From assembly GCA_903834765.1 (NCBI GenBank), contig CAILKE010000016.1, positions 2,686-66,685 on the forward strand: a stretch of DNA of 64,000 nt, read 5' to 3'. Position numbers and translations under genes: made by a program. The DNA is from an uncultured Bacteroidota bacterium (GTDB taxonomy: Bacteria > Bacteroidota > Bacteroidia > B-17B0 > Aurantibacillaceae). Below the pieces are notes generated by a model, which saw only the letters and a list, made by a program, of their open reading frames with translations, was not told where the DNA came from and searched no databases. Of this stretch, positions 55,187-64,000 are shown in pieces. Positions within the stretch are counted from its first letter, which is position 1. Each line of letters opens with the position of its first letter.

Positions 55187-56332
55187 ATGCATCTAACATC
55201 AAAATTACCAAATATTGGCACTACTATATTCTCTGTTATGAGTGGTTTGGCAAAAGAATATAACGCAATTAACTTGTCTCAAGGATTCCCGGATTTTAAT
55301 TGTAACCCATATTTATTAGAATTAGCAAAAAAACACATGGATGCAAATTTTAATCAATATGCGCCCATGCCTGGTGTTCAACCATTAAGAGAAAGTATTA
55401 GTGAGTTACTCCAAAATTGTTACGGCGCAATTTATCATCCAGAAACTGACATAACTGTCACTGCTGGTGCAACACAAGCTATTTATACATCAATTGCTGC
55501 TTTCGTTAATAAAGGTGACGAGGTTATTGTTTTTGAACCGGCTTATGATTGTTATATACCAAGTATTGAAGTTAATGGAGGCATTGTAAAACCCATTCCT
55601 CTTGAGTACCCAAATTTTACAATCAATTGGGCAACTGTAAAAAATACAATCACAGATAATACCAAACTCATTATCATCAACTCTCCTCATAATCCAAGTG
55701 GAACAACGCTTACCGAGAATGATCTTATAGAACTCGAAAAATTAGTTGTTGGTAAAAATATTATCGTTATTAGTGACGAGGTTTACGAGCACATGGTATT
55801 TGATGGAAAATTACACCAAAGTGTTGCCCGATTTAAAAGATTAGCAGGGCAATCTATTATCGTATCATCTTTTGGAAAAACTATTCATGCTACTGGCTGG
55901 AAAATTGGTTATGTCGCCGCTCCTAAAGAGTTAATGATAGAGTTTAGAAAAGTTCATCAATTTTTAGTGTTTTGTGTTAATCATCCATTTCAATTAGCAT
56001 TAGCCGATTATTTGAAAGATGAATCAACCTATAGTGGTCTTCATCATTTTTATCAGTCAAAACGAGACTATTTTAGAAAATTAATTTCAACGTCTCGTTT
56101 TATATTGGAGCCATGCACTGGTACCTATTTCCAGTTAGTGAATTATAAAACTATTTCTGATGAAAAAGACACAGACTTTGCCATTCGATTAACCAAAGAA
56201 AAAGGGTTAGCCACGATTCCTTTGTCGGTATTTTATAGTGACCAACAACAACAACAACATTTATTGCGATTTTGTTTTGCTAAAAAAGAAGAAACGTTGG
56301 AACGTGCAGCAGAGATTATTTGTAAATTATAA
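55187..56332 (+). CDS. PLP-dependent class I/II aminotransferase (YbdL/methionine aminotransferase-like)
   Basis: 'NLSQGFPDF', 'NSPHNPSG', 'SDEVYEH', 'SFGKTIHATGWKIGY' (PLP lysine). Confidence 0.88.
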   Translation: MHLTSKLPNIGTTIFSVMSGLAKEYNAINLSQGFPDFNCNPYLLELAKKHMDANFNQYAPMPGVQPLRESISELLQNCYGAIYHPETDITVTAGATQAIYTSIAAFVNKGDEVIVFEPAYDCYIPSIEVNGGIVKPIPLEYPNFTINWATVKNTITDNTKLIIINSPHNPSGTTLTENDLIELEKLVVGKNIIVISDEVYEHMVFDGKLHQSVARFKRLAGQSIIVSSFGKTIHATGWKIGYVAAPKELMIEFRKVHQFLVFCVNHPFQLALADYLKDESTYSGLHHFYQSKRDYFRKLISTSRFILEPCTGTYFQLVNYKTISDEKDTDFAIRLTKEKGLATIPLSVFYSDQQQQQHLLRFCFAKKEETLERAAEIICKL

Positions 56333-56592
56333 TGGATTCAAGTTACTTCAATAAATCTAATCTTATAAAAAGATGAAAAAATAAAGTGTTAATTATAATT
56401 TATATTAGTATTAGTGCAAATCTTTTTAGTCAGGATGTTAGTCGCTTTATGAACAATACTATCATTGCGGCCTTGTTCTATATTCAAGAGTTGTAAAGTT
56501 TATGTACACGATGTTTCGTTAATATCTTATTATTTTAGGTATTTATAATGCTATGTAAATGCTTTATTTTTACTATTTTCTAATATTTTATT

Positions 56593-58074
56593 TTGGCAAA
56601 CCCTCTCAAAAAACTTGCAACTCAAACGGCTATTTATGGCTTAGGAAATGTGTTGCCTCGTATTATTACGTATTTGTTTTCGTTGGTGCTTACTTATATT
56701 TTCAGAGAACCCGCTTTATTAGCACCTAACGCAGTATTTTTTTCATACATCAGTTTTGTCAATATAATTTTTACGTATGGGATGGAAACGGCTTTTTTTA
56801 ATTTCGCTAATAAATCCGAAAATAAAGAGCGTGTTTATTCTACAACCCTAATATCCATTTTAGTTAGTACAGTTATACTGACATTAATTTTCATCATATT
56901 CTCGAAAAGCATCGCTAATGTTATAAAATATGAAGGTCATGCTGATTTTGTAATATGGTGTATTTTGATTGTAGCAACAGATGCGATTATGGCTATTCCA
57001 TTTGCTCGATTACGTTTAAATAATAACGCTATACGTTTTGCTATTATCAAATTAGTAAATGTGGTGGCTAATATTTTCATCTCGGTATTTTATTTTATCA
57101 TTTGTAAAAATGCGTTTCAGCAGGATCCCGATTCTTTTTTAGGAAAATGGTATAACCCCGAAATAGGCGTAGGATATGCCTTTTTAGCTAGTTTATATGC
57201 CAACGTGATTTGCTTATTGTTATTGCAAAAAGAATTTAGGGGATTTGATTATGTGTTTGATAAAGCACTTTGGAAAAAAATGTTTACATACGCTTGGCCA
57301 CTTATTATTTTAGGTTTAGCTGGTATGATTAATGAAACCTTTGATCGGCTTATTCTTGGATATTTAATGCCGAAAAATATTGGAGCGTATCAAGTAGGAG
57401 TGTATAGCGCTTGTTACAAGATAGCGATGCTAATGACCATTTTTACCACAGCATTCAAATATGCTGTTGAGCCTTTCTTTTTTAGTACCGCAGGAGATAA
57501 AAATTCTAAAAAACTGAATGCCGTTGTGATGAAATATTATGTATTGTTTTGTTTGTTTATTTTTTTAGGAACGATGATGAATTTGCCTTGGCTTAAAAAT
57601 GCCATTAGCGCCAAGTATCAGGTTGGACTTGATGTTGTGCCCATTTTGTTATTAGCTAATTTATGTTTAGGTGTTTACTGGAATTTATCTATTTGGTATA
57701 AGTTAACTGGTCAAACAAAGTTTGGGGCTTTGATTACCATTTTAGGTGCGATCATTACATTAGTTATTAATTTTATTGGCATTCCTTATTATGGCTTTAT
57801 GGCATGCGCTTGGGCAACATTTGCTTCTTATGCCGTAATGATGTTTGTTTCTTATCAATTAGGAAAAAAACATTATCCAATTAATTACAATTTAAGAAGC
57901 ATGTTTGTTTTTACGGCATTAGCCTTAGCGTTTTATGGGATTTCACTCTTATATTTAGGAATTGAAAATACAGGATTGAAGCTCTTTTTGAATAATGGTT
58001 TATTGTTTTTATTTGGTTGGATATTTTATAAATTAGAATTTGAAAATCTTAAAAATCTGAAACATTTATCTTAA
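56593..58074 (+). CDS. MOP-superfamily polysaccharide/oligosaccharide flippase (Wzx/MurJ-like)
   Basis: 493 aa with ~12-14 predicted TM helices. N-terminal '[21 protein letters not shown]'. TTG start. Confidence 0.75.
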   Translation: MANPLKKLATQTAIYGLGNVLPRIITYLFSLVLTYIFREPALLAPNAVFFSYISFVNIIFTYGMETAFFNFANKSENKERVYSTTLISILVSTVILTLIFIIFSKSIANVIKYEGHADFVIWCILIVATDAIMAIPFARLRLNNNAIRFAIIKLVNVVANIFISVFYFIICKNAFQQDPDSFLGKWYNPEIGVGYAFLASLYANVICLLLLQKEFRGFDYVFDKALWKKMFTYAWPLIILGLAGMINETFDRLILGYLMPKNIGAYQVGVYSACYKIAMLMTIFTTAFKYAVEPFFFSTAGDKNSKKLNAVVMKYYVLFCLFIFLGTMMNLPWLKNAISAKYQVGLDVVPILLLANLCLGVYWNLSIWYKLTGQTKFGALITILGAIITLVINFIGIPYYGFMACAWATFASYAVMMFVSYQLGKKHYPINYNLRSMFVFTALALAFYGISLLYLGIENTGLKLFLNNGLLFLFGWIFYKLEFENLKNLKHLS

Positions 58075-58081
58075 CGTCATT

Positions 58082-58516
58082 ATGAAGATACAAGTAGTTA
58101 ATCAATCTAAACACCCTTTGCCAGAGTATGCTACAGAGTTTTCTGCAGGACTAGATTTAAGAGCAAACATAGATGAACCCATTGAGTTAAAACCATTAGA
58201 ACGAACACTGGTTTCTACAGGATTATTTATTGCATTACCTAAAGGTTATGAAGCACAGATTCGTCCTAGAAGTGGTTTAGCATTTAAACATGGCATTACG
58301 GTACTTAACTCACCAGGCACAATTGACGCGGATTATAGAGGAGAGCTTAAAGTGTTATTAGTAAACTTATCCAACATGCCATTTATGATTAATGATGGTG
58401 AACGCGTGGCGCAAATGGTTATTGCTAAGCACGAACAAGTTAGTTGGATCGAAACAAAAAGTTTGGATGAAACCGAAAGAGGTGCTGGTGGTTTTGGGCA
58501 TACGGGTACTAAATAA
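58082..58516 (+). CDS. dut: dUTP diphosphatase
   Basis: 'AGLDLRA', 'IRPRSGLA', '[10 protein letters not shown]', '[10 protein letters not shown]' are the canonical dUTPase motifs. Confidence 0.95.
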   Translation: MKIQVVNQSKHPLPEYATEFSAGLDLRANIDEPIELKPLERTLVSTGLFIALPKGYEAQIRPRSGLAFKHGITVLNSPGTIDADYRGELKVLLVNLSNMPFMINDGERVAQMVIAKHEQVSWIETKSLDETERGAGGFGHTGTK

Positions 58517-58643
58517 TGAGCGAGTATAGCTTGTTAATGATTAAATAATGAGTGTTTGCCGAGTTTATATTTTATCTTTATCTGTAATTTGCGAATTTGA
58601 CTAAACATTATTTATTTAAGCTTACTACGTTTATGGATGAAAT

Positions 58644-61600
58644 ATGACGAAAAAAATCTTTTTATATTTAATAGTATTATTTACAAAATTTAGCTTCTCT
58701 CAATCACTACAATTAACTACTAGTCCGCGATGGGTTAATGTTGGAGACATTGATGTTGTGGGAAATCAATTGACGGTTGAAGCTTTGGTATACTATACAG
58801 GTGGTGTGGATGTGGTTTCAAAGCATACAGGTCCTCCAAATGTTAATTATTTATTACGATTATCTTCTTTTGAATTAACCACCACCAGTGGGTTTTATTT
58901 GATGGCAAACCCTTATGTAATGAGCCCTAATACTTGGTATCATATTGCAGGAACATATGATGGTGCAAATATTAAATATTATGTTAATGGCTGTCTTGTT
59001 ATTACTGTGCCTGCAACAGGGAATTTATTTAATCAAAATTTAGCTACGGCTATTGGCAATCAATCATCGTGTCAATGCGAACAATTTTATGGAAATATTG
59101 ATGAGGTAAGGATATGGAATGTTGCTCGCACGCAAGCGCAAATTCAAGGCAACATGAATAATTTACCATCACCTACTACTCAAACAGGCTTGTTGGCGTA
59201 TTATCAATTTTCTAATAATTTAATAAATTCTCAAGGCAATGCTGCTTTTAATGGAGTGAGTGTTGGCGGAGCACCTGTTTATGCCCCCGATCCGCCTATA
59301 ATTATCACGCCAGCAATTACATCATTAATTGCACAAGATGCATTATGTGTTAATAACACTGGCACATTAGGCATTAATGCTGTTGGATCTAATTTACAAT
59401 ATTCCATTGATAATATAACTTATGGTTCAATATCATCCTTTATGGGATTAGCTGCAGGAAATTATACTGCTTATATTAAAAATCCAGAGGGTTGTATGCA
59501 AAAACAACCTTTTACTATTACATTAACGCCCACGCCCACTATTACTATAGTTGCTACAAGTCCTGTGCTTTGCACAGCAGGCGGAACGACGCTTACTGCA
59601 AGTGGCGCAACAAATTATACTTGGTCGCCATCAGCTACGTTAAGTTCTTCTAATGGAAATATAGTAGTCGCAAATCCTTCAGTTAATACTACTTATAACA
59701 TTATCGGAGAAAACTCTTCCTGTTCAAACACAGCTTCTATATCGGTTCATGTAAATACTATACTTACAGCAGTTACTTCCCAAACAAATGTTACTTGCTA
59801 CGGAGGAAATAATGGGTCTGCTTCTGTAATAGCAAGTGGTAGCTCAGGTTCGTATAATTATTTATGGTCGTCAACACCTACTCAAACAACCCAAACAGCT
59901 AGTGGGTTAGCGGCAGGAATATATTCGGTTACTGTCACAAATACAGTTTGCACTGCTTCGGGTAATGAATTAATTACAAATGGTGATTTTAGCTCCGGTA
60001 ATACGGGTTTTTCATCGGGCTATATTTATACAGTACCTCCAAATACAGCAGAAAGCCAATATTTTATTAGCACTGCTACTCAAGTGAGTAGTTGGAACGG
60101 AGGAATGTTTTCTGCGGGAGATCATACCTCAGGTTCTGGAAATTTCATGATGGTTAATGGCTCCGGAACTCCCGGCACTAATGTTTTTTGTCAAACAATA
60201 GCAGTTAATCCAAATACCAATTATAATTTTTCTACGTGGGTGAGCTCATTAAATACTGGGCTTCAGGCACAATTACAATTCTTTGTAAATGGAATACCCT
60301 TAGGTTCGGTTTTTACGGCACCTGCAACTATTAATACATGGTCACAATTTTTTTCTGTGTGGAATTCAGGGATAAATAATTCAGTATCCATTTGTATCGT
60401 CAATCAAAATAGTTCATTATCAGGAAATGATTTTGCATTGGATGATATTTCTTTTCAAGAATGTTTAACTCCATGTCCCATTACCCAAACATTGACTATT
60501 ACAGAGCCAGCTAATTTTACTGTGACTATAGCTTCAGCAAGTATCTGTGTTGGTTCATCTGCAAGCTTATCCGCAAGTGGAGCATCTTCATACACATGGA
60601 ATGCTTCTCCTAATTTAAGTAGTGCTAATGGCTCAACTGTATTAGCAACTCCTAATTTAACCGAAACATATACTGTAACAGCTAATATTGGAGTTTGCAC
60701 TAATACGGCAGTAACAACTATTACAGTAGTTCCAAATCCAACAATTACAGTGGTGCCTATTTCATCTTCTATTTGTCCGGGAAGTTCAACCACATTAACA
60801 GCGAGTGGCGCTTCAACTTATACATGGGTATCAAGCTCAACTCTAAGCAGTAATACTGGTAGTATAGTTACTGCTACTCCAACTACAACTACGATTTATA
60901 CTATTACAGGAACAGCTAATACTTGCACTAATACCGCTATTACAACGGTGAGTCTTTTGCCAAATCCTACGCTTACGCTTACACCTAGTTTCAGTATTTG
61001 TTCAGGAACATCAGCTACGTTAACAGCAAATGGCGCCATTACTTACACATGGAACGCTTCTGCTAATTTAAATAGTGCAATAGGAAGTATGGTCATAGCA
61101 ACTCCTAATGCCACAGAAACTTATACGGTTACAGGTGAATTAAACACTTGTACTGGTTCAGCAGTTGTTACTGTAAGTGTGATTAGTACGCCAACACTTT
61201 CGGCCAATACATCATCTGCGGTTATTTGTCCTCAAGGTTCAACATCATTAACTGTTTCTGGTGCTACTAATTATACATGGAGTCCTTCGGCATCACTAAG
61301 TGCGAGCTCTGGAACGTTAGTTGTCGCTACACCAATAAATACAAGTACTTATAGCGTTATAGGTTCTTATAGTAATTGCAGAGATACCACGCAAGTTGTA
61401 GTGACGGTTACAGTTAATCCAACAATTGCGTCTTCATCTGCAACTATCTGTTCTTCTGCATCTGTTAATTTATCAGCGAGTGGCGGAGTAACGTATACGT
61501 GGAGTCCAGCTACTAGTTTAAATACGACCTCTGGAGTAACTGTTACATCTACGCCGCCTTCATCCATTACGTATACAGTAAGTGGCTCTTCGACTTTAGG

Positions 61601-62624
61601 CTGCATAGGTTCTACATCCTTATCAGTAAATGTTATACCAACACCTACGATTACGATTTCTGCAAATCCATTAACAGTTTGTTCGGGCAGTAACAGCATC
61701 TTAATAGCAAACGGAGCAACATCTTATACATGGTCTCCATCAACGGTTAGTAATGCAAATTCCGGAAATACAATTGCCTCGCCTATTAATACAACAACAT
61801 ATTTAGTAACAGGCACAAATGGAAGTGCGCCGACTATTTGTACATCTACACAAACTATTCAAATTGTAGTAAGGCCAAAAATAATACCAATAGTTAGTCC
61901 AAATGATGCGATTTGTTTGGGTTACTCAACTAAGATATACGCTATAGGAGGAAATACTTACCATTGGAATCCAACAACAGGTGTTTCAAAACCAAACGAT
62001 TCTACAACCGTTGTAAAGCCAAGCTCAACAACTATTTACACAGTATCTGTTTCTATAAATAGTTTATGTCCTGTTACAAATACAGTTCAAGTAACCGTAT
62101 ACCCTTTACCGATTGTAAATGCAGGAAAAGACTCCACTATAAACATTGATCAGGAAATTGTATTAACAGGAACTGGTAATGTAGATGTAGGATTTTTATC
62201 GCCAGACGGTATTCCATTAATTTGTAATTGGTGTCCAATAGTAACTGTAGCTCCTAAAGAAACAACCTGTTATACCTTAGAAGGGTTTAATACCTATGGG
62301 TGCAGAAACACGGATGAGGTTTGTGTAATAGTTAAAAAAGAGTGGGATGTATTTTTCCCAAATGCATTTACGCCTAATGAAGATATTAATAATGAATATT
62401 TTTTACCAAAAGGTTATGGTATAGAACAAATAGACTTAATTATATTTGATAGATGGGGCTCAGTTATTTTTAATGAAACTAATACAACTTCAGGCTGGGA
62501 TGGAAAATATAAAGGATTGATATCTGCTCAAGGCGTTTATGTTTATCAAGCTACTGTTAAAGCGATGAGCGGTGAAAGTTTCGTAAAAACAGGACATGTT
62601 ACTTTGTTGAGTAAAGTAAAGTAG
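58644..62624 (+). CDS. Giant surface protein: LamG domain, carbohydrate-binding-like region, ~10 Ig-like repeats, gliding-motility-associated (T9SS type B) C-terminal domain
   Basis: 'NIDEVRIWNVART' (LamG). Repeated 'IC.G.S..LTASGA..YTWSP...L' units between ~59.5 and 62.1 kb. C-terminus 'FFPNAFTPNEDINNEYFLP...WDGKYKG...GVYVY'. Confidence 0.88.
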   Translation: MTKKIFLYLIVLFTKFSFSQSLQLTTSPRWVNVGDIDVVGNQLTVEALVYYTGGVDVVSKHTGPPNVNYLLRLSSFELTTTSGFYLMANPYVMSPNTWYHIAGTYDGANIKYYVNGCLVITVPATGNLFNQNLATAIGNQSSCQCEQFYGNIDEVRIWNVARTQAQIQGNMNNLPSPTTQTGLLAYYQFSNNLINSQGNAAFNGVSVGGAPVYAPDPPIIITPAITSLIAQDALCVNNTGTLGINAVGSNLQYSIDNITYGSISSFMGLAAGNYTAYIKNPEGCMQKQPFTITLTPTPTITIVATSPVLCTAGGTTLTASGATNYTWSPSATLSSSNGNIVVANPSVNTTYNIIGENSSCSNTASISVHVNTILTAVTSQTNVTCYGGNNGSASVIASGSSGSYNYLWSSTPTQTTQTASGLAAGIYSVTVTNTVCTASGNELITNGDFSSGNTGFSSGYIYTVPPNTAESQYFISTATQVSSWNGGMFSAGDHTSGSGNFMMVNGSGTPGTNVFCQTIAVNPNTNYNFSTWVSSLNTGLQAQLQFFVNGIPLGSVFTAPATINTWSQFFSVWNSGINNSVSICIVNQNSSLSGNDFALDDISFQECLTPCPITQTLTITEPANFTVTIASASICVGSSASLSASGASSYTWNASPNLSSANGSTVLATPNLTETYTVTANIGVCTNTAVTTITVVPNPTITVVPISSSICPGSSTTLTASGASTYTWVSSSTLSSNTGSIVTATPTTTTIYTITGTANTCTNTAITTVSLLPNPTLTLTPSFSICSGTSATLTANGAITYTWNASANLNSAIGSMVIATPNATETYTVTGELNTCTGSAVVTVSVISTPTLSANTSSAVICPQGSTSLTVSGATNYTWSPSASLSASSGTLVVATPINTSTYSVIGSYSNCRDTTQVVVTVTVNPTIASSSATICSSASVNLSASGGVTYTWSPATSLNTTSGVTVTSTPPSSITYTVSGSSTLGCIGSTSLSVNVIPTPTITISANPLTVCSGSNSILIANGATSYTWSPSTVSNANSGNTIASPINTTTYLVTGTNGSAPTICTSTQTIQIVVRPKIIPIVSPNDAICLGYSTKIYAIGGNTYHWNPTTGVSKPNDSTTVVKPSSTTIYTVSVSINSLCPVTNTVQVTVYPLPIVNAGKDSTINIDQEIVLTGTGNVDVGFLSPDGIPLICNWCPIVTVAPKETTCYTLEGFNTYGCRNTDEVCVIVKKEWDVFFPNAFTPNEDINNEYFLPKGYGIEQIDLIIFDRWGSVIFNETNTTSGWDGKYKGLISAQGVYVYQATVKAMSGESFVKTGHVTLLSKVK

Positions 62625-62665
62625 CACCATTAATTGTATTTATTTACGTAATTTTATATCAAAAC

Positions 62666-62980
62666 ATGACACCTATTTTTGATATACATATTTTTGTGTG
62701 CACCAACCAACGAACAGGCACTGATAAGTTAAGTTGTGGAGAAACTCATGGCCTAGAATTAGTTGCTGAATTTAAAAAGCAATTAAAAGATTTAAAGGTT
62801 GGTTTGAAAACAAGAGCGCAGCGAGCCGGTTGCCTTGGTATTTGTGATTTTGGACCAACCATCGCTATTTATCCAGAAGACATTTTTTATGTTGGAGTAA
62901 AAAAATCAGATGTACAAGAAATCATTGAATCTCATATTATCGCTAAAATTCCTGTTGAACGGTTATTATTAAAATCATAG
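62666..62980 (+). CDS. Thioredoxin-like [2Fe-2S] ferredoxin-family protein
   Basis: 'FVCTNQR....SCG' and 'GCLGICDFGP' Cys pattern. Confidence 0.75.
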   Translation: MTPIFDIHIFVCTNQRTGTDKLSCGETHGLELVAEFKKQLKDLKVGLKTRAQRAGCLGICDFGPTIAIYPEDIFYVGVKKSDVQEIIESHIIAKIPVERLLLKS

Positions 62981-63349
62981 ATGCAGCAACTCGTTAAGCA
63001 AGAACAATTAGATGTATTAAAGGTTTCTCAACAAGAATTAATTGAGAAGTTTAATATACAATTATTGAAAGATTTCGAAATGAGTGATGTATCAGCTTAC
63101 TTAGAACCAATCGTTGTTTTTGATTACGATGAAATTCATTTAAGCATTATGAATGCACTTAAAAGTATTGATAAGAAAGATTACTCAAAGTATCAGCATT
63201 TATTGTATCGTATTGATATTTCCGAAAAAACTATAGATCTAGAATTGAAATCGAAACCAGATAGTGAGCGTTATACTGTTTTAGCAGATTTAATTATCAA
63301 ACGCATTTTACAAAAAGTAATTTTAAAAATACAATTTTCTAAAAAATGA
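62981..63349 (+). CDS. Hypothetical protein
   Basis: 122-aa ORF abutting its neighbours; no motif. Confidence 0.5.
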   Translation: MQQLVKQEQLDVLKVSQQELIEKFNIQLLKDFEMSDVSAYLEPIVVFDYDEIHLSIMNALKSIDKKDYSKYQHLLYRIDISEKTIDLELKSKPDSERYTVLADLIIKRILQKVILKIQFSKK

Positions 63350-63810
63350 TACACATCCGAAAAGGCACTGAATCCGATATAGAACAAGCATTATCTTTAA
63401 TAAAAGAATTAGCAATTTATGAAAAAGCACCAGATGAAGTGGAGGTAACACCCACTGAAATGCTTGCGTGGGGTTTTGGTTCAGATAAGATCTTTGATTT
63501 TTATGTGGCAGAAGAAAATGACGTTATAATTGGAATGGCCTTGTATTACTTTAAATATAGCACATGGAAAGGTAAGTGTTTATTTTTGGAAGATATTATA
63601 GTAACTGAATCTCAAAGGGGGAAAGGAATTGGTAAACTCTTATTTGATAAAATAATTAAAGTTAGTAAAGAAACAAATGTGCGACGCATGGAATGGCAAG
63701 TATTGGATTGGAATACACCAGCTCTTAATTTTTACAAAAAATATGCGGCCACATTAGATGGTGAGTGGATAAATGGTAAACTCACCAATGCTCAATTAGA
63801 CAAGCTGTAA
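63346..63810 (+). CDS. GNAT-family N-acetyltransferase
   Basis: 'LEDIIVTESQRGKGIGKLLFDKI' (acetyl-CoA binding Q/RxxGxG/A), 'ALNFYKKYGA'-like 'ALNFYKKYAA'. Confidence 0.88.
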   Translation: MIHIRKGTESDIEQALSLIKELAIYEKAPDEVEVTPTEMLAWGFGSDKIFDFYVAEENDVIIGMALYYFKYSTWKGKCLFLEDIIVTESQRGKGIGKLLFDKIIKVSKETNVRRMEWQVLDWNTPALNFYKKYAATLDGEWINGKLTNAQLDKL

Positions 63811-63822
63811 ATACATTAGCCG

Positions 63823-64000
63823 TTAACGCCCGTTAAATAACCAACCACTAGGATCCATTGTTTTTTGACCTTTCCAAATTTGAAGGTTCATACTAGTTTT
63901 ACCATCTTCATCAAGGATGGTTCCAAGTGCTTGTTTGATAGAAACTTTATCACCTTGTTTTACAAACACATCACCAATATTCATGTATACACTTAAATAT
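63823..64000 (-). CDS. M23-family peptidase, C-terminal end (gene runs off the window end)
   Basis: Hand translation of the reverse strand: '...YLSVYMNIGDVFVKQGDKVSIKQALGTILDEDGKTSMNLQIWKGQKTMDPSGWLFNGR*'. This is typical of the LytM/M23 C-terminus ('V.V..G..V..GQ.iG', '.h.Ei......vdP..wl'). Confidence 0.6.
   Translation of the reverse strand, partial: YLSVYMNIGDVFVKQGDKVSIKQALGTILDEDGKTSMNLQIWKGQKTMDPSGWLFNGR

Noticed and set aside
56243-56257. (CAA)5 run in the aminotransferase gene as a possible slipped-strand phase-variation tract
   Set aside because: It is a trinucleotide repeat that stays in frame (poly-Gln), is short, and lies in a housekeeping-type gene, so it is unlikely to act as a switch.
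1-64000. CRISPR arrays, rRNA genes, IS elements/transposases
   Set aside because: Reading through the window I found no regularly spaced short direct repeats, no rRNA-like sequence, and no transposase-like ORF with terminal inverted repeats.

Overview
AT-rich Bacteroidota-type (Flavobacteriia-like) chromosomal window; several secreted proteins end in T9SS sorting domains. Core genes sit on both flanks. Left (1..4160): a partial repeat-rich surface protein and a NarL-type two-component pair. Right (47.6..64 kb): tRNA-Cys, two LamG/T9SS proteins, a Y_Y_Y kinase with LytTR regulator, an aminotransferase, a MOP flippase, dut, a 1326-aa Ig-repeat adhesin, a 2Fe-2S ferredoxin-like protein, a GNAT and a partial M23 peptidase. 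Between them, ~4.3..47.5 kb appears to be one ~43-kb island integrated at the 3' end of tRNA-Cys. It is bounded by an ~80-bp imperfect direct repeat and has ATTACTGCAAC repeats just inside both ends. The left two-thirds carries defence-type cargo: a HEPN+HNH pair, a SymE-like toxin, and a seven-gene translationally coupled type I R-M operon. That operon also holds a GHKL/MORC-like ATPase-nuclease and a kinase-helicase + PLD pair with type I Mokosh architecture. It is followed by a tightly packed four-gene cluster (GIY-YIG-like, unknown, double-HKD PLD, SNF2 helicase) that I cannot assign to a named system; this is my best candidate for an undescribed system. The right third is a replication/integration module with no virion genes: serine recombinase, family A DNA polymerase, SF3-like helicase split by one in-frame TGA, DUF3127-like OB-fold protein, methyltransferase, excisionase-like HTH and tyrosine integrase. 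It also encodes a 441-aa protein carrying PolA/T7-RNAP-like motifs A, B and C with HDS in motif C. All calls rest on manual motif reading; no searches were run.
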